DNA of 64,000 bases from positions 1,088,001 to 1,152,000 of the forward strand of contig AP024596.1 of the NCBI GenBank assembly GCA_019704295.1, written 5' to 3'. Positions 43,661 through 53,859 of the stretch are shown piece after piece; the first letter of the stretch is position 1; every line of letters starts with the position of its first letter. A model generated the notes under the pieces. The model was not told the origin of the DNA and searched no databases. It was given only the letters and a program-made list of their open reading frames with translations. A program made the position numbers and the translations under genes. Source of the DNA: Sulfolobales archaeon HS-7 (GTDB lineage Archaea > Thermoproteota > Thermoprotei_A > Sulfolobales > Sulfolobaceae).

Positions 43661-44790
43661 CCACCTCGCATTCTCTTGGTAACCTCGCTTGCAACCTCCT
43701 TTTTCACCCTTTTTGTCGTCCCCTCATCCTTAAGTCTCTTGGTTGTCTCGACCGCATCCCTTAGTCTCTTCGTGGTCTCCTTCAACTCGATGTTTTTCGT
43801 CTTTTCGGCATACGCCTCCAGCTTACTCAAGGTCTTAGTTGACTCCTTATCATCAATCAGTTTATCCTGATACTCGTTTAAAAGCTCCATGTATTTGTAC
43901 TCTGCGATTATTTCCTGCTTTACGCCTGATATGAATTCCTCTATAGAAGCTGCTGGGTAAATATCTAGTTTAGCATCAATTCTTTCCCTATTACTATTAT
44001 CGGGCTCCTCGTAGGATACGGAAACCTTGACTATTTCCCCTGAGTAGTTGTCCGGAACAGTAATTTCACCGTATATCCTAACAAGTTTATCGATTCCACT
44101 TATTTTTACTGGCATTCCCGAATAGTTCAATATTTTCACCTGGAGTGGAGAGGTTACGTCTACGCTAACATCTTTGGCCGCTAAATCTGAAGGAGCGCTC
44201 CTTATCATTACTTCTGGAATAACGCTCGGATCGTTGAGATGGTACAGCACTCCGTTTGTTGCGTCTACTATTGCCTTTAAAATGTCCTCATTATAGTCAT
44301 CCCCTACTCCTATAGCAACTACCTGAGCATCAGAAGCTACCAAACTTCTGTATTTATCAACGTCAGGTTCATCTGTAGGCTTGCCGTCTGTAAGAATTAT
44401 GATCCTCGTAGGCATATTGTATTTATTGGCAACGGAGAACGCCGTATTAACAGCGGTATATAAAGGGGTGGGTCCCTCAGCCTTAATCTTCTTTATCCCC
44501 TCAATAGCGACTTGAGGTTCAACCCCTTCGACTATTGTCTCGACGTCTTTCGAAAACGATATAACCGTAACCTTATTAGATGATGGAATCTTCTTCAAAA
44601 TGTTCTCTGCGCTCTCTTTCGCTAGACCTATCTTCAATCCGTCCATAGAACCGCTGGAGTCTATAGCAAATACGTAATGATATCCCGTTACGCTTTTTGA
44701 TTGTTCTGGTACCAGGAGGCACTTGAAGTAATATTTAAAAGTCTTAAAGCTTTTCTTATGACTTCCCTCTAATCTCACACTTAGCGTCAA
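43657..44790 (-). CDS. vWA-domain protein, ArnB-like
   Basis: MIDAS DSSGSMDG, LTDGKP, C-terminal helical region with repeated TKRL/TTKR. Confidence 0.85.
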   Translation of the reverse strand: MTLSVRLEGSHKKSFKTFKYYFKCLLVPEQSKSVTGYHYVFAIDSSGSMDGLKIGLAKESAENILKKIPSSNKVTVISFSKDVETIVEGVEPQVAIEGIKKIKAEGPTPLYTAVNTAFSVANKYNMPTRIIILTDGKPTDEPDVDKYRSLVASDAQVVAIGVGDDYNEDILKAIVDATNGVLYHLNDPSVIPEVMIRSAPSDLAAKDVSVDVTSPLQVKILNYSGMPVKISGIDKLVRIYGEITVPDNYSGEIVKVSVSYEEPDNSNRERIDAKLDIYPAASIEEFISGVKQEIIAEYKYMELLNEYQDKLIDDKESTKTLSKLEAYAEKTKNIELKETTKRLRDAVETTKRLKDEGTTKRVKKEVASEVTKRMRGG

Positions 44791-45581
44791 TCTAAATACA
44801 CCTTTTCAATCTCTTCTTTATTAATTTTAAGAATTCCACTTCTTCCGTCGTGATACCTGCTCGAGAAAACCGTAACTATCCTTCCCTCCAAATCTTCTCT
44901 AAAGCCGTCTGCGACTTCATGTCCTCTGATTATACCCCTGAGTCCGTTTTCCCTCAGGAACTTCTCTGCCACATCTCTACCGAAATAGTAAGTTCCTTCC
45001 CCTCTCACGTTATCCAGAAATCCGTCTATCATATCTCGTGGATCGTTCCATAGTAACTGAAACGCTAAAGGATCTTCGGGTATGGGATCTGGATAAGGTA
45101 GCTCTGATATTTGTTCTACTTTTTCTAGACCCTTAGCGATTCCGCCATGTACCATGAAATAGTCGTTAACCACCGCAGCGTAAGGCAGTTTGCTGAATAC
45201 CATTTCAAATAACTCGTATTTGTCTTCACCGTACTTTTCCTTAACCTCATCGTAAAATCCGTAATACTCGTTCGTTAATCTACTCTCATGATTCCCCCTC
45301 AGAAGAATGATCTTGTCAGGGAATTGAATCATAGAGCTTAAGAGGAGGTATAGATTCTCTACTCCTGATTTTCCCCTGTCTACGTAATCCCCAAGGAATA
45401 CTATCTTATCTGCCCATTCTCCGTAGCTCTTTAACACGTGCTGTGTTACGTCGACTGCTGTGTGAGTATCTCCTACCACTACAACCTTCTCACACGAAAT
45501 TTTTCCTACAAAGGGTGAGTTAAGCATTTCATATGATTTCAAAAGGACTCTCTCTACATCGTCCCACTTGATCGTTTCCAT
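44787..45581 (-). CDS. PPP-family Ser/Thr protein phosphatase (archaeal PP2A/PP1-like)
   Basis: GDTH, GDYVDRG, LRGNHE, HGG, LWNDP, RGHE, TVFS. Confidence 0.93.
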   Translation of the reverse strand: METIKWDDVERVLLKSYEMLNSPFVGKISCEKVVVVGDTHTAVDVTQHVLKSYGEWADKIVFLGDYVDRGKSGVENLYLLLSSMIQFPDKIILLRGNHESRLTNEYYGFYDEVKEKYGEDKYELFEMVFSKLPYAAVVNDYFMVHGGIAKGLEKVEQISELPYPDPIPEDPLAFQLLWNDPRDMIDGFLDNVRGEGTYYFGRDVAEKFLRENGLRGIIRGHEVADGFREDLEGRIVTVFSSRYHDGRSGILKINKEEIEKVYLD

Positions 45582-45585
45582 TTTA

Positions 45586-46182
45586 TCATTCTCTCACTAG
45601 CTTAACTATGGTGGAATTTCCGAGCTTTATTAGCGTGTTCACCTCTAGTTTAACCTTGTTTTTAACTTGTTGAAATACTTTACCATCGTAAACATAGGAA
45701 CCGTTAGTACTATTGAGGTCCTCAAACATAACGTTCTCTCCTTCCAAGGTAAGAACGGCATGCCTTCTCGAGACTTCAGAATCTGGTATGACTACCACAT
45801 TTTCAGGGCTTCGACCTAGCGAGATTTGCGGAAAGTCCTCAAAGTCCAGTGGAACTTTCTGCTTTAGGAGACTAGTGGCAGGGGTATTTACAAAAAGCAA
45901 GTAGAATTTACCTTGAGAGGTAGGTTGCTGCTGAACTTGTATAACCGGGTTATCTTGCTTCTGTACTTGCTGCTGAACGTCTCCTGGGTTTTGAGGAACA
46001 TTAGTGTTCTGTTCCATCCCCTCTTGATTTGGCGTTACCTGTGGTTGTACCTGTTCGGGAGTTTGAGTTTGCTGAATAGGAGTTTGTTGAACGGATACCG
46101 CATCTCTTAACGTTCCACAACTTATACACGCAGTATCCGCTTCGTCATTCTCATATCCACAAACTGTACATTTCCAAGTCAT
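45586..46182 (-). CDS. arnA: Zn-finger-FHA protein, ArnA-like
   Basis: WKCTVCGYEN...CISCG RanBP2-type finger, Q/P-rich linker, FHA motifs GR, SRRH and STNG. Confidence 0.85.
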   Translation of the reverse strand: MTWKCTVCGYENDEADTACISCGTLRDAVSVQQTPIQQTQTPEQVQPQVTPNQEGMEQNTNVPQNPGDVQQQVQKQDNPVIQVQQQPTSQGKFYLLFVNTPATSLLKQKVPLDFEDFPQISLGRSPENVVVIPDSEVSRRHAVLTLEGENVMFEDLNSTNGSYVYDGKVFQQVKNKVKLEVNTLIKLGNSTIVKLVRE

Positions 46183-46299
46183 ACAAGTAATACCATTTAT
46201 CTGGAATATATATTAATGCTTTCCCGTGTAATACCAAGAAAGAACATAAATCCCAAATTTTCATGAAAGCTTATAGGGTATAAATGATATATACATAGT

Positions 46300-47142
46300 G
46301 TGTCTCTTATAGACATCTTGGCGATCCCTGCATTCCTAGCATCGTCCGAAGCAGTGTACCTAGGGGCAAAGGAGATAGATTCATCATTACTAGGTATGGC
46401 GTCTCTAATACCGGAAATAGCAATTATACTAAATTCTATGGTGATACATCAGGAAATCGTTGGACTCTCCTCATTATTAGGCAGCATTTTAATCCTCTAT
46501 ACACTCGCTTTTGGTGTAACTGGTTTAATATATTTAACAAAGGAAAAGAAGGGACTTAAGAGTCAAACTCCTACTGAGAAAAACTACATATTCCTATTAT
46601 CTATAGTAATGCTAATTATACTTCTCACTGGCTATATGAACTTCTTCTGGTCTGTTACTCTTGTTTTCCTATTTGTATCCTATCTGTGGATCAAAAGAAG
46701 CGTAATAAAAGTTCCCAAGGTGAAAACATTGCTTCTCCTTGTTAACGGAACCATAGTCTTATGGATTTTATCAGGTCCTATCGTGAAGGACATATTAGCT
46801 GTTTCCTCCTTTGTGGGCGTAAATCCCGTAATAATTGCGACAGTTACCTTGCCAATTATTTCTAACTACCAAGAGTTTATTATAGCCATAAGAATGGCCT
46901 ATAGAAAAAGGGCCAACGATGCCTTCGCAGCCTTAATGAGCGAAAATATTCAAGCAAGCACGTTACTACTCGCAATGATCGGAGTGTTATCACCCTTGAG
47001 ACTTTACTCATTATCTCCACTTTTTATAGCAGTTGCCATAGGGGGAATACTTGCATATTACTCAATGAATAATAGGATAACTTTGAAGACGTCCATGGTC
47101 TTTATTCTTATGTACTGTATAACGATGGTGCTCATCAGGTAA
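46300..47142 (+). CDS. CaCA-family cation/Ca2+ antiporter-like membrane protein
   Basis: Two alpha-repeat-like motifs (SLIPE...LGS and ISNYQE...SEN); highly hydrophobic. Confidence 0.7.
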   Translation: MSLIDILAIPAFLASSEAVYLGAKEIDSSLLGMASLIPEIAIILNSMVIHQEIVGLSSLLGSILILYTLAFGVTGLIYLTKEKKGLKSQTPTEKNYIFLLSIVMLIILLTGYMNFFWSVTLVFLFVSYLWIKRSVIKVPKVKTLLLLVNGTIVLWILSGPIVKDILAVSSFVGVNPVIIATVTLPIISNYQEFIIAIRMAYRKRANDAFAALMSENIQASTLLLAMIGVLSPLRLYSLSPLFIAVAIGGILAYYSMNNRITLKTSMVFILMYCITMVLIR

Positions 47143-47280
47143 CCCAGGACAATGTGAGCCCTGTGGATTAAAGTAGTTTTTCGATCGGCAGTATGGAAAA
47201 ACTCAACTCTGAGTCACACCCGATTAAAGGTAATCTGGTAAATACAGCTTTTCTTAGTACCTGTGAAACAGGTTATACGT

Positions 47281-47420
47281 GGGTTTCAATTTCATGATAT
47301 TTCATATCAATCCTCAGCCCTTAGGCTTTACAAAGCTATGGGCAGTGCCCCGTTCCTCCCCTTTAGCTGAGTGCTCCACATCTCTTCATAAATATGGGAA
47401 AAACCGCATATTTGTGTAGT
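47281..47420 (-). mobile_element. Right-end remnant of a TnpB-type IS, family B copy 2
   Basis: Shares AATCCTCAGCCCTT with the copy at about 53900-53913; reverse complement aligns with 31561-31716. Confidence 0.55.
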
Positions 47421-47643
47421 ACCATATCACCTTTTGGAAAGTTCATCCAAATCTAGTGGCGAGATTTATAAAATACGTTTTATATGATTAGTAAACTTCA
47501 TAATTCATCGGAAACTCGTGACGACTGCGGAGAAGCAGGGATTCTTGTCAGCAAGGGTAGAGTATTTCCAATGACTTGAGTTTAGCTATGTTTACCCTCA
47601 TGAAATTAATTAATCATTTAAATGCAAAATGTAATCTCTCTCG

Positions 47644-48756
47644 ATGGCATTCGCTCGTGAACTTATGGTTACCCCAAACTTAGTAGCGAGACCCGAACAA
47701 AAACTATCGGAAATCCTTCCTAAGATGAAGGAATTGAATGAATGGATAGTTCCCGTTGTTAAGAATAAAAGATTATACGGGACATTAAGCTATAAGGAGC
47801 TGTTAAGGAGAAGAATAGGGGATCAAGCTAAGGTTATCACGGTCATGACTCCCTCTACGACTCTAGAGGAATCTGACGAAGACGTAAAAATTCTCGCTAA
47901 GTTCTTTTCAACTAAAGCTAGGGCAATTCCAGTCGTGTCAAAAGGAAGGGAGTTCACCGGAGTTATTAGTAGGGAAATTCTATTATCCAAGTTTTTAGAG
48001 AAAATCCCAAATAGAAAAGTCAGGGAGTTCATGTCCTCTCCAGCAATAACGATTAATGCAGAGGATAGTGTCGCAAGGGCAAGATGGGTAATGGCATCTA
48101 ATGACATTACGAGACTCCCTGTACTTGAAAACGGTGAACTCGTGGGAATAATAGCCACGAGGGATATAATTAACAGACTGTATTTCTCCTCAACTAGAAA
48201 GAGGGCCGACATAATCACTGAAGAAGAACGGATTATGGCAGCGCCAGTAAAGGAGATCATGAATTATCCCGTAGTTACTACAAAGGGAGAGGAAAGCCTG
48301 AAGAAAGTGATATCTTTAATGCTAGAAAGAAGGATCAGTGGAATGCCTGTTGTAGAAGGAGGTATTATTGTTGGAGTAATTAGTACTATCGATGGAATAA
48401 GGGCAATTGCTGGAGAATTACAAATGACAATGCCCATTCAGGCAAAACTTACAGCCGAACTCAGAAGCGCAGATAAGAAAAGCATGATAGATGCGTTGGT
48501 AGAGAGGTATATAGCTAAAGTCGAGAGACTTACAGAGGTTCTCAACTTTAGGATATCATTTAAGAAAACTAGGGGCGAGGGCTTTAGAGTAAATGCTAGT
48601 GTATCTACGCGGATTGGCAATTTCGTAGCGTCTTCGGAGGATAAAGATCCTATAGTTGCAGTAAGATATGTTATGGAAAAACTAGAAAAGAGAGTAACTA
48701 AAGAGCTAAAATTATTAGACAGGAAGAGTAAACAGCAGAGTAAGGAAGAACCTTGA
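47644..48756 (+). CDS. Tandem CBS-domain protein with C-terminal HPF/RaiA-like domain (candidate ribosome hibernation factor)
   Basis: Four CBS repeats (IVPVV, AIPVV, RLPVL, GMPVV). The C-terminal ~95 aa show a beta-alpha-beta-beta-beta-alpha pattern ending DPIVAVRYVMEKLEKRV. Confidence 0.75.
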   Translation: MAFARELMVTPNLVARPEQKLSEILPKMKELNEWIVPVVKNKRLYGTLSYKELLRRRIGDQAKVITVMTPSTTLEESDEDVKILAKFFSTKARAIPVVSKGREFTGVISREILLSKFLEKIPNRKVREFMSSPAITINAEDSVARARWVMASNDITRLPVLENGELVGIIATRDIINRLYFSSTRKRADIITEEERIMAAPVKEIMNYPVVTTKGEESLKKVISLMLERRISGMPVVEGGIIVGVISTIDGIRAIAGELQMTMPIQAKLTAELRSADKKSMIDALVERYIAKVERLTEVLNFRISFKKTRGEGFRVNASVSTRIGNFVASSEDKDPIVAVRYVMEKLEKRVTKELKLLDRKSKQQSKEEP

Positions 48757-49478
48757 AGATAGGGGTTGTGCAAACCGATGCGGAAAACGCAATAAGCCTA
48801 ACTAAAGCAGCTCTAGATAAGGGAGCGCAGGTAGTACTTTTACCAGAAAAGTGGACGGAAAATATTGATAACGCTCAATTAAAATACTTTGAGGAACTGG
48901 CAAAAACTCAATCGGCTTATATAATACCTGGTGCCCTCGAGGACGGTATTTCTGTTGTGGCTCCAATAATATTCCCCGACGGAAGTCTAAGAGGGTTAGT
49001 AAAGAAAAACCACTTATTCAAAAACGAAACGGGAAGACTCATACCTGGGAATAAGGTTGGTATCTTTACCGTAGGAGGAGTAAAGATGGGAGTTGAGATC
49101 TGCTACGATCTGGATTTTCCAGAAGTCTCTAGGGAACTAGCAAAAAAGGGAGCAGAGATCATTCTTGTGCCGGCCAAGATAAGAAAAGACACACTCCACA
49201 TTTGGAGAAAATATATGGAAATACGAGCTTTAGAAAATAGAATTGCAATAGTAAGCGCTAATAATTTCACCCCCCCAGAATTTATGGGAGGTTCTACACT
49301 TGTTGTTCCTGTTAATAAAGGAGAATACGTAGAACCCGTTACTTATGAAATAATAGGGGAGAAGATAGGATTTACCATAGTAGAAATTGAAACCACCTCT
49401 TATTTAAAGGACAGGGTCGAGCGATTAAAGGAAATAAAAGAACCACCTGAAGTGGAAGTCCTTGATCCCATTTATTGA
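48753..49478 (+). CDS. Carbon-nitrogen hydrolase (nitrilase superfamily)
   Basis: Catalytic triad motifs LPEK, KKNHLF, EICYDLDFPE; RALEN. Confidence 0.9.
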   Translation: MKIGVVQTDAENAISLTKAALDKGAQVVLLPEKWTENIDNAQLKYFEELAKTQSAYIIPGALEDGISVVAPIIFPDGSLRGLVKKNHLFKNETGRLIPGNKVGIFTVGGVKMGVEICYDLDFPEVSRELAKKGAEIILVPAKIRKDTLHIWRKYMEIRALENRIAIVSANNFTPPEFMGGSTLVVPVNKGEYVEPVTYEIIGEKIGFTIVEIETTSYLKDRVERLKEIKEPPEVEVLDPIY

Positions 49479-49565
49479 GAGACTATCATAACCTTGTCCA
49501 CTAATTGAAAATCTTTCTGGGAGTATGAGGGGGTATCGAAGTGCAATAAATGTTATTTACTTTAA

Positions 49566-49603
49566 CTTAGGGGGCGAAAGTCCGCTTGCGTGAGGATAGC
49601 CCC
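49566..49603 (+). mobile_element. Isolated left-end remnant of the SMN1-like/IS605 family
   Basis: TTTAA then AGGGGGCGAAAGTCC...GGATAGCCCC, matching 41587-41632. Confidence 0.6.
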
Positions 49604-49793
49604 GGGCAATTCAGGTATCCATTACGAATTGTAAGTATGACAAATAGGGATTAAATATAGGAAATTGCAAGTGCGAATCATTACAGTCCATAGGACAGTA
49701 TTTAATTAAATTCATTCTATATTTCTAAATAAACCGAATTCGCAATGAACACGTCAACAGTCAGTGAAAAGTGGTACATATGTAAACGCTAAG

Positions 49794-50225
49794 TTAGCTA
49801 TAAGTTGCGATCTTTACATATATGTATCCGTCCTTTAGAAGTACAGTTATTTGAGTGTTATTCACATTTTCTTCTATAGGCAAAGAGGAGTAAGACTTAA
49901 TCGGAATCATTATTTGGTTAACTAGAATTACCGGATAAGGAAAAACCTCACGCGTACTATTTATTGTTAAGGCGGTGTCAGGAGGTACATAGGTTATGTT
50001 AAATTCCTCTTCGTTCATTATTATATTAATGGACTTGGATACATTGCAATTCTGTTTAGCCAGTAATGTAGAAAAGCTAGCACCAAGGGTTACTCCAGAG
50101 GGAGATGGTGCCATTAAAGGACTCTTCAGGATATGTGATGATAAGTTATAGTACGTTTCAACCCCCATTCCCATTATTATTAATATTATTGCAACTATAA
50201 CAATCGTTTGAGTCAGCGAGTTCAT
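49794..50225 (-). CDS. Hypothetical secreted or membrane-anchored protein
   Basis: Hydrophobic N-terminus from MNSLTQ (start moved to 50225, with TTATAA upstream); N-glycosylation sequons. Confidence 0.65.
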   Translation of the reverse strand: MNSLTQTIVIVAIILIIMGMGVETYYNLSSHILKSPLMAPSPSGVTLGASFSTLLAKQNCNVSKSINIIMNEEEFNITYVPPDTALTINSTREVFPYPVILVNQIMIPIKSYSSLPIEENVNNTQITVLLKDGYIYVKIATYS

Positions 50226-50631
50226 AATGTTAAATTGTAAAATTTCCTTATAACTCTTCTCCATTTTTGTACTCTAGCTAATGGAGATGAGATGCTACTA
50301 AATCCTAAAGTACTGTATGAATCGACATGGTGATCTCTGGCCTTGGATCCCTTTGTTAGAATACGGGAGACTTTCGAAATTCAGATAAGTATTGTCATAC
50401 TTAGTCAGACATTATAGGGCAAGCGCTCATCCTCCCACCCAGAGAATGTGCTCGTTTTACACCAATAGTACTCTTGCCCTTAATTAGCTGATCAAGTATA
50501 ATACCGAGTTTAAAGAGTCGATCGCAGGCCGTATGGGAAAACTTTGAAGCCGTTATTCGATGCGATGATACGGAAGAGCGAAAGTTTCATAGTAATACTT
50601 ATATTCCCATAGTTAAAATAATAATAGTCTC

Positions 50632-51726
50632 ATGAAGGAGGAGGGCATTTTTGGAATTATTTCGGGTGTAATAAATAGGTACATAACCGGATATATGTCC
50701 CTCTACACTTACGAATCACTAGACGAGCCCTCCTCCGTAAACTCAACACTTTTATTGAGTCTCAACGATTCGATATTCTCTGTGACACCTGAAAATGTTA
50801 GCGAAAGCCTGACTGGAGTGGACGGGAGTAGTAGAAGCATCATAACGAGTAGCGGTGTAATCTCGGTCGCTGCAGTTGCAGTATCCTCTAATGCTAAGCC
50901 AATCTTAGGAACATATCCTTCAACGTCAGGTAAATCCCTCGACCTAAGTTCCCCTTTCATTGCAATAGCTCCTTCAATTAACGGCAAAAAGAATACCCTA
51001 GATCCCTACATCTACTCCAGGAATGAGATAATGACCATATCGCTTTCTGGTGAGCCTCTAACTGCATCCATGGGACCGGAACAAGTAGAAGCAGAACTCA
51101 GAACCTACCTAGAAACCCAGGCTCTCCTAAAGTTCAGGCAAGGAAAAACCCTTATTGACGGTCCGCTCTTCCCCTCGTTAAAGGGGTTAAAGGAGGAAGC
51201 TCGGGACGCAATTATCAAGGTTAGAAGGGAGTCGGTTTCAGAAAACGTCTTCGGCGTGGTTAAGAGGTTGTCAAACTCGACAGTCCTCAAAACTGCCCTA
51301 TCTGGTGAATCGAAAAAGGAGTTCTTAAATCGATTTAAATTCGATCCCTCATCGCTGGTGTCAGATGAGGCCGTCCTCGACGGAATATCAAGGTACATAA
51401 TGAGACCCCCCTACACAGCTTGGGCTATAGGACCGATCTACGTAAAGAGAGATAACGTGAATTTCTACTCCTATTACCTTATAGTTCCCAGTCATAAGTT
51501 CGTAAGGAAGATGAACTTCCTTCGCATTGACCTTTTGAGACCGGAACCTCAGATCCTGGGAAAAATCTTATATGAAGGAATGAGCCCTGACGGTGTCCCG
51601 TTAACTATTGCCTATGCCGATAGAGCAGTTAAGGAGGTAACTTCTGGAATACATAAACTCCTGTTCTTCAGGCTCAGCTCGAACGGAACCCAAATAAGTT
51701 TCGAAAGTAAACTGGAGATGACTTAA
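50632..51726 (+). CDS. NurA-family nuclease paralog
   Basis: GVDGSS, LIDGPL, GVVKR and GVPLTIAYAD motifs. Confidence 0.8.
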   Translation: MKEEGIFGIISGVINRYITGYMSLYTYESLDEPSSVNSTLLLSLNDSIFSVTPENVSESLTGVDGSSRSIITSSGVISVAAVAVSSNAKPILGTYPSTSGKSLDLSSPFIAIAPSINGKKNTLDPYIYSRNEIMTISLSGEPLTASMGPEQVEAELRTYLETQALLKFRQGKTLIDGPLFPSLKGLKEEARDAIIKVRRESVSENVFGVVKRLSNSTVLKTALSGESKKEFLNRFKFDPSSLVSDEAVLDGISRYIMRPPYTAWAIGPIYVKRDNVNFYSYYLIVPSHKFVRKMNFLRIDLLRPEPQILGKILYEGMSPDGVPLTIAYADRAVKEVTSGIHKLLFFRLSSNGTQISFESKLEMT

Positions 51727-53514
51727 TTGGAGGACATCTACTCTGAGGTAAGGGATAGAATTGAGAGAGCTAAACTTCTTGCGTCATCCCTAGGGAAAGT
51801 AGTTGGGAGAATATCGAGGACAATGCCCAGCGACGTGGATGAGGAGGATAGGGAGGTTGCTGTTACTATGTCCCCTGAGACTTACTACAGTATTCCCTAC
51901 ATGGGGAGGGAAAATCTCCTCCTTGGAGTAGTTGACATTAAATCACTTCTGTTCGTCCTCCTCCGAGTTAAGGGTTACAGTAGAAGGGATGCCGCAGCTA
52001 TACTGTACAATGCCGAGATGTCCCACGTTTTAGAGGACGGTAACGATGATGCAGGGTCACTCATGACCAATGTCATATTGAAGTGCGAAGCCCTAACCCA
52101 GATGGACGTCCTGACCAATGGTGAACCGGAGGCGTCTGACATAGTGATTGAACCACAGTCTCCCGTAATACTACCGAATCATGAGCTTATAGAGAAGTCA
52201 TTAGGAGTTAATAGGGGGGGACTTCAACTGGGATTCCTTGATTCCAATGAAGGGGTTAAGGTGTCCCTAAGTTTGGACGACTTGAACTACCATATGCTAG
52301 TTGTCGGAACAACTGGAGCAGGAAAGACAAGTTTCGTTAAGAACCTGCTCGCAGAAACCTCTTTACTAGAGGATGAGGTAAGATCCTTCGTTATAGACGC
52401 AACCGGGGACTACTATCACATTGTGATGCCACCTTCGGAAAGGAATGAGCAATTCGAAAAACTGTTCCGCAAGATTAGAGGAGTAGGTATTGACATAGTT
52501 TACCCTTTATCAAGGAGGTGGTTGGCTAGAAATAAGGACGTTACGACAATTAGCGACTTCACGGCTAGATATGCCAAGAACTACCTCGAACCGATAATGA
52601 AAAGTCTGGAGGAGAATGGGAAGAACGTCGCACTATCAATGTCTGAAAACAGGATCGTAATCACGTCTGACGATTGGGCCTCAACCGTAACCATACACCC
52701 CTTCTTCTTCACTTTTAAGGAGAGCAGGACGATACTTCCGAAACTCAATCCGTACTTTACGGAACAGGCATCTCATTTCCTTAAAATATTTCTGAAAAGG
52801 GAGAAAACTGAGGCTAAGACCCTTTCAGAATACGTTGACTTCCTTAACGATAAGGAGAAGGAATTTCAGGAGTTTTACAAGATTCATAAGAACACATGGG
52901 ATAACGTGGTTAGAGGGTTAAGTCTATTAAGGGAGACAGGACTTTTCGACCTTAAATTTGAGAGGGAGAGAATCAACGACGCTATCACTAAATCCAGCAA
53001 AATAGTCGTACTTGACCTCTATAACGGGGATATTGACGATTTCTCACAAAAGGTAGTAATGTATTACTTTCTTGATAAACTATTTACTGAAAGGGAAAAG
53101 GAATTAAGAACAGGAAGTCTAAAGTCGAGGTATCATGTAATTATAGATGAGGCTCACAGGTTCTTTCCATCAAGGGATAACGCCGATGACGAGGTTTACC
53201 TCAGGAAGGTCTCTGGGAAGATATCGCTCATGATGAGGTTGGGCAGAAGGAGGAAACTCGGCTTTACCTTCGTAACCCATGATCCCACCGATTTAAATGA
53301 GATAGTCGAACAGTTAGCAAACACTAAGGTGGTTTTCAGGATTAGGGATACAATTGCAGAGAGATTGGGGATTCCCTCTAAAGAGGCTAAGAAGTTGAGC
53401 TGGGAGAGGAACGGAAAGGCCTATGTGGTCTCCCCGTGGTTCAGGGAGAACTACGTAAAGGTGAATATACCCCTTCCACCGCCTCTCGGTCACTACGACT
53501 TGTCTAGGGTATAA
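51727..53514 (+). CDS. HerA/FtsK-family ATPase paralog (DUF87)
   Basis: GTTGAGKT, DATGDY, IIDEAH, GRRRKLG, THDP; abuts the NurA paralog. Confidence 0.88.
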   Translation: MEDIYSEVRDRIERAKLLASSLGKVVGRISRTMPSDVDEEDREVAVTMSPETYYSIPYMGRENLLLGVVDIKSLLFVLLRVKGYSRRDAAAILYNAEMSHVLEDGNDDAGSLMTNVILKCEALTQMDVLTNGEPEASDIVIEPQSPVILPNHELIEKSLGVNRGGLQLGFLDSNEGVKVSLSLDDLNYHMLVVGTTGAGKTSFVKNLLAETSLLEDEVRSFVIDATGDYYHIVMPPSERNEQFEKLFRKIRGVGIDIVYPLSRRWLARNKDVTTISDFTARYAKNYLEPIMKSLEENGKNVALSMSENRIVITSDDWASTVTIHPFFFTFKESRTILPKLNPYFTEQASHFLKIFLKREKTEAKTLSEYVDFLNDKEKEFQEFYKIHKNTWDNVVRGLSLLRETGLFDLKFERERINDAITKSSKIVVLDLYNGDIDDFSQKVVMYYFLDKLFTEREKELRTGSLKSRYHVIIDEAHRFFPSRDNADDEVYLRKVSGKISLMMRLGRRRKLGFTFVTHDPTDLNEIVEQLANTKVVFRIRDTIAERLGIPSKEAKKLSWERNGKAYVVSPWFRENYVKVNIPLPPPLGHYDLSRV

Positions 53515-53655
53515 AACTGAATTTAGGCAATTGAAGTGCAGAATAATGAGCCTTTTCCCTCTCCTAGATTAAAAGGCTAAATCCTTTTTCACCCTAATAG
53601 GGTTCTCTTTTACATCTGTTTGCGTTAAATGTCTCTAGTGATGATTGCACTCACG

Positions 53656-53838
53656 CCGATGGGGGTTATGCCCAAAAGGGTAAGGGTTAAAAATTGCGGA
53701 GATCTGAACTCCGTGCCGTTGAGCTCAAAGGAGTCCCATGACCCACCTACCGTTAAGCTGGTTGGTTGAGGGCTAAGTCCCTCCACTCAATCATGATCGA
53801 AAATAAGATGATTGAAAAGAAGATGTAGGGAAAAACGG
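53656..53838 (+). mobile_element. Right-end remnant of a TnpB-type IS (IS607-like), family C copy 1
   Basis: Colinear with 58172-58342 (CCGATG..., GGCTAAGT, ATCATGA, TGATT). Resembles recalled Sulfolobales tnpB 3' ends finishing GTAGGG...AAACGG. Confidence 0.55.
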
Positions 53839-53859
53839 ATAAAGGAGATGTTCAGAGGA

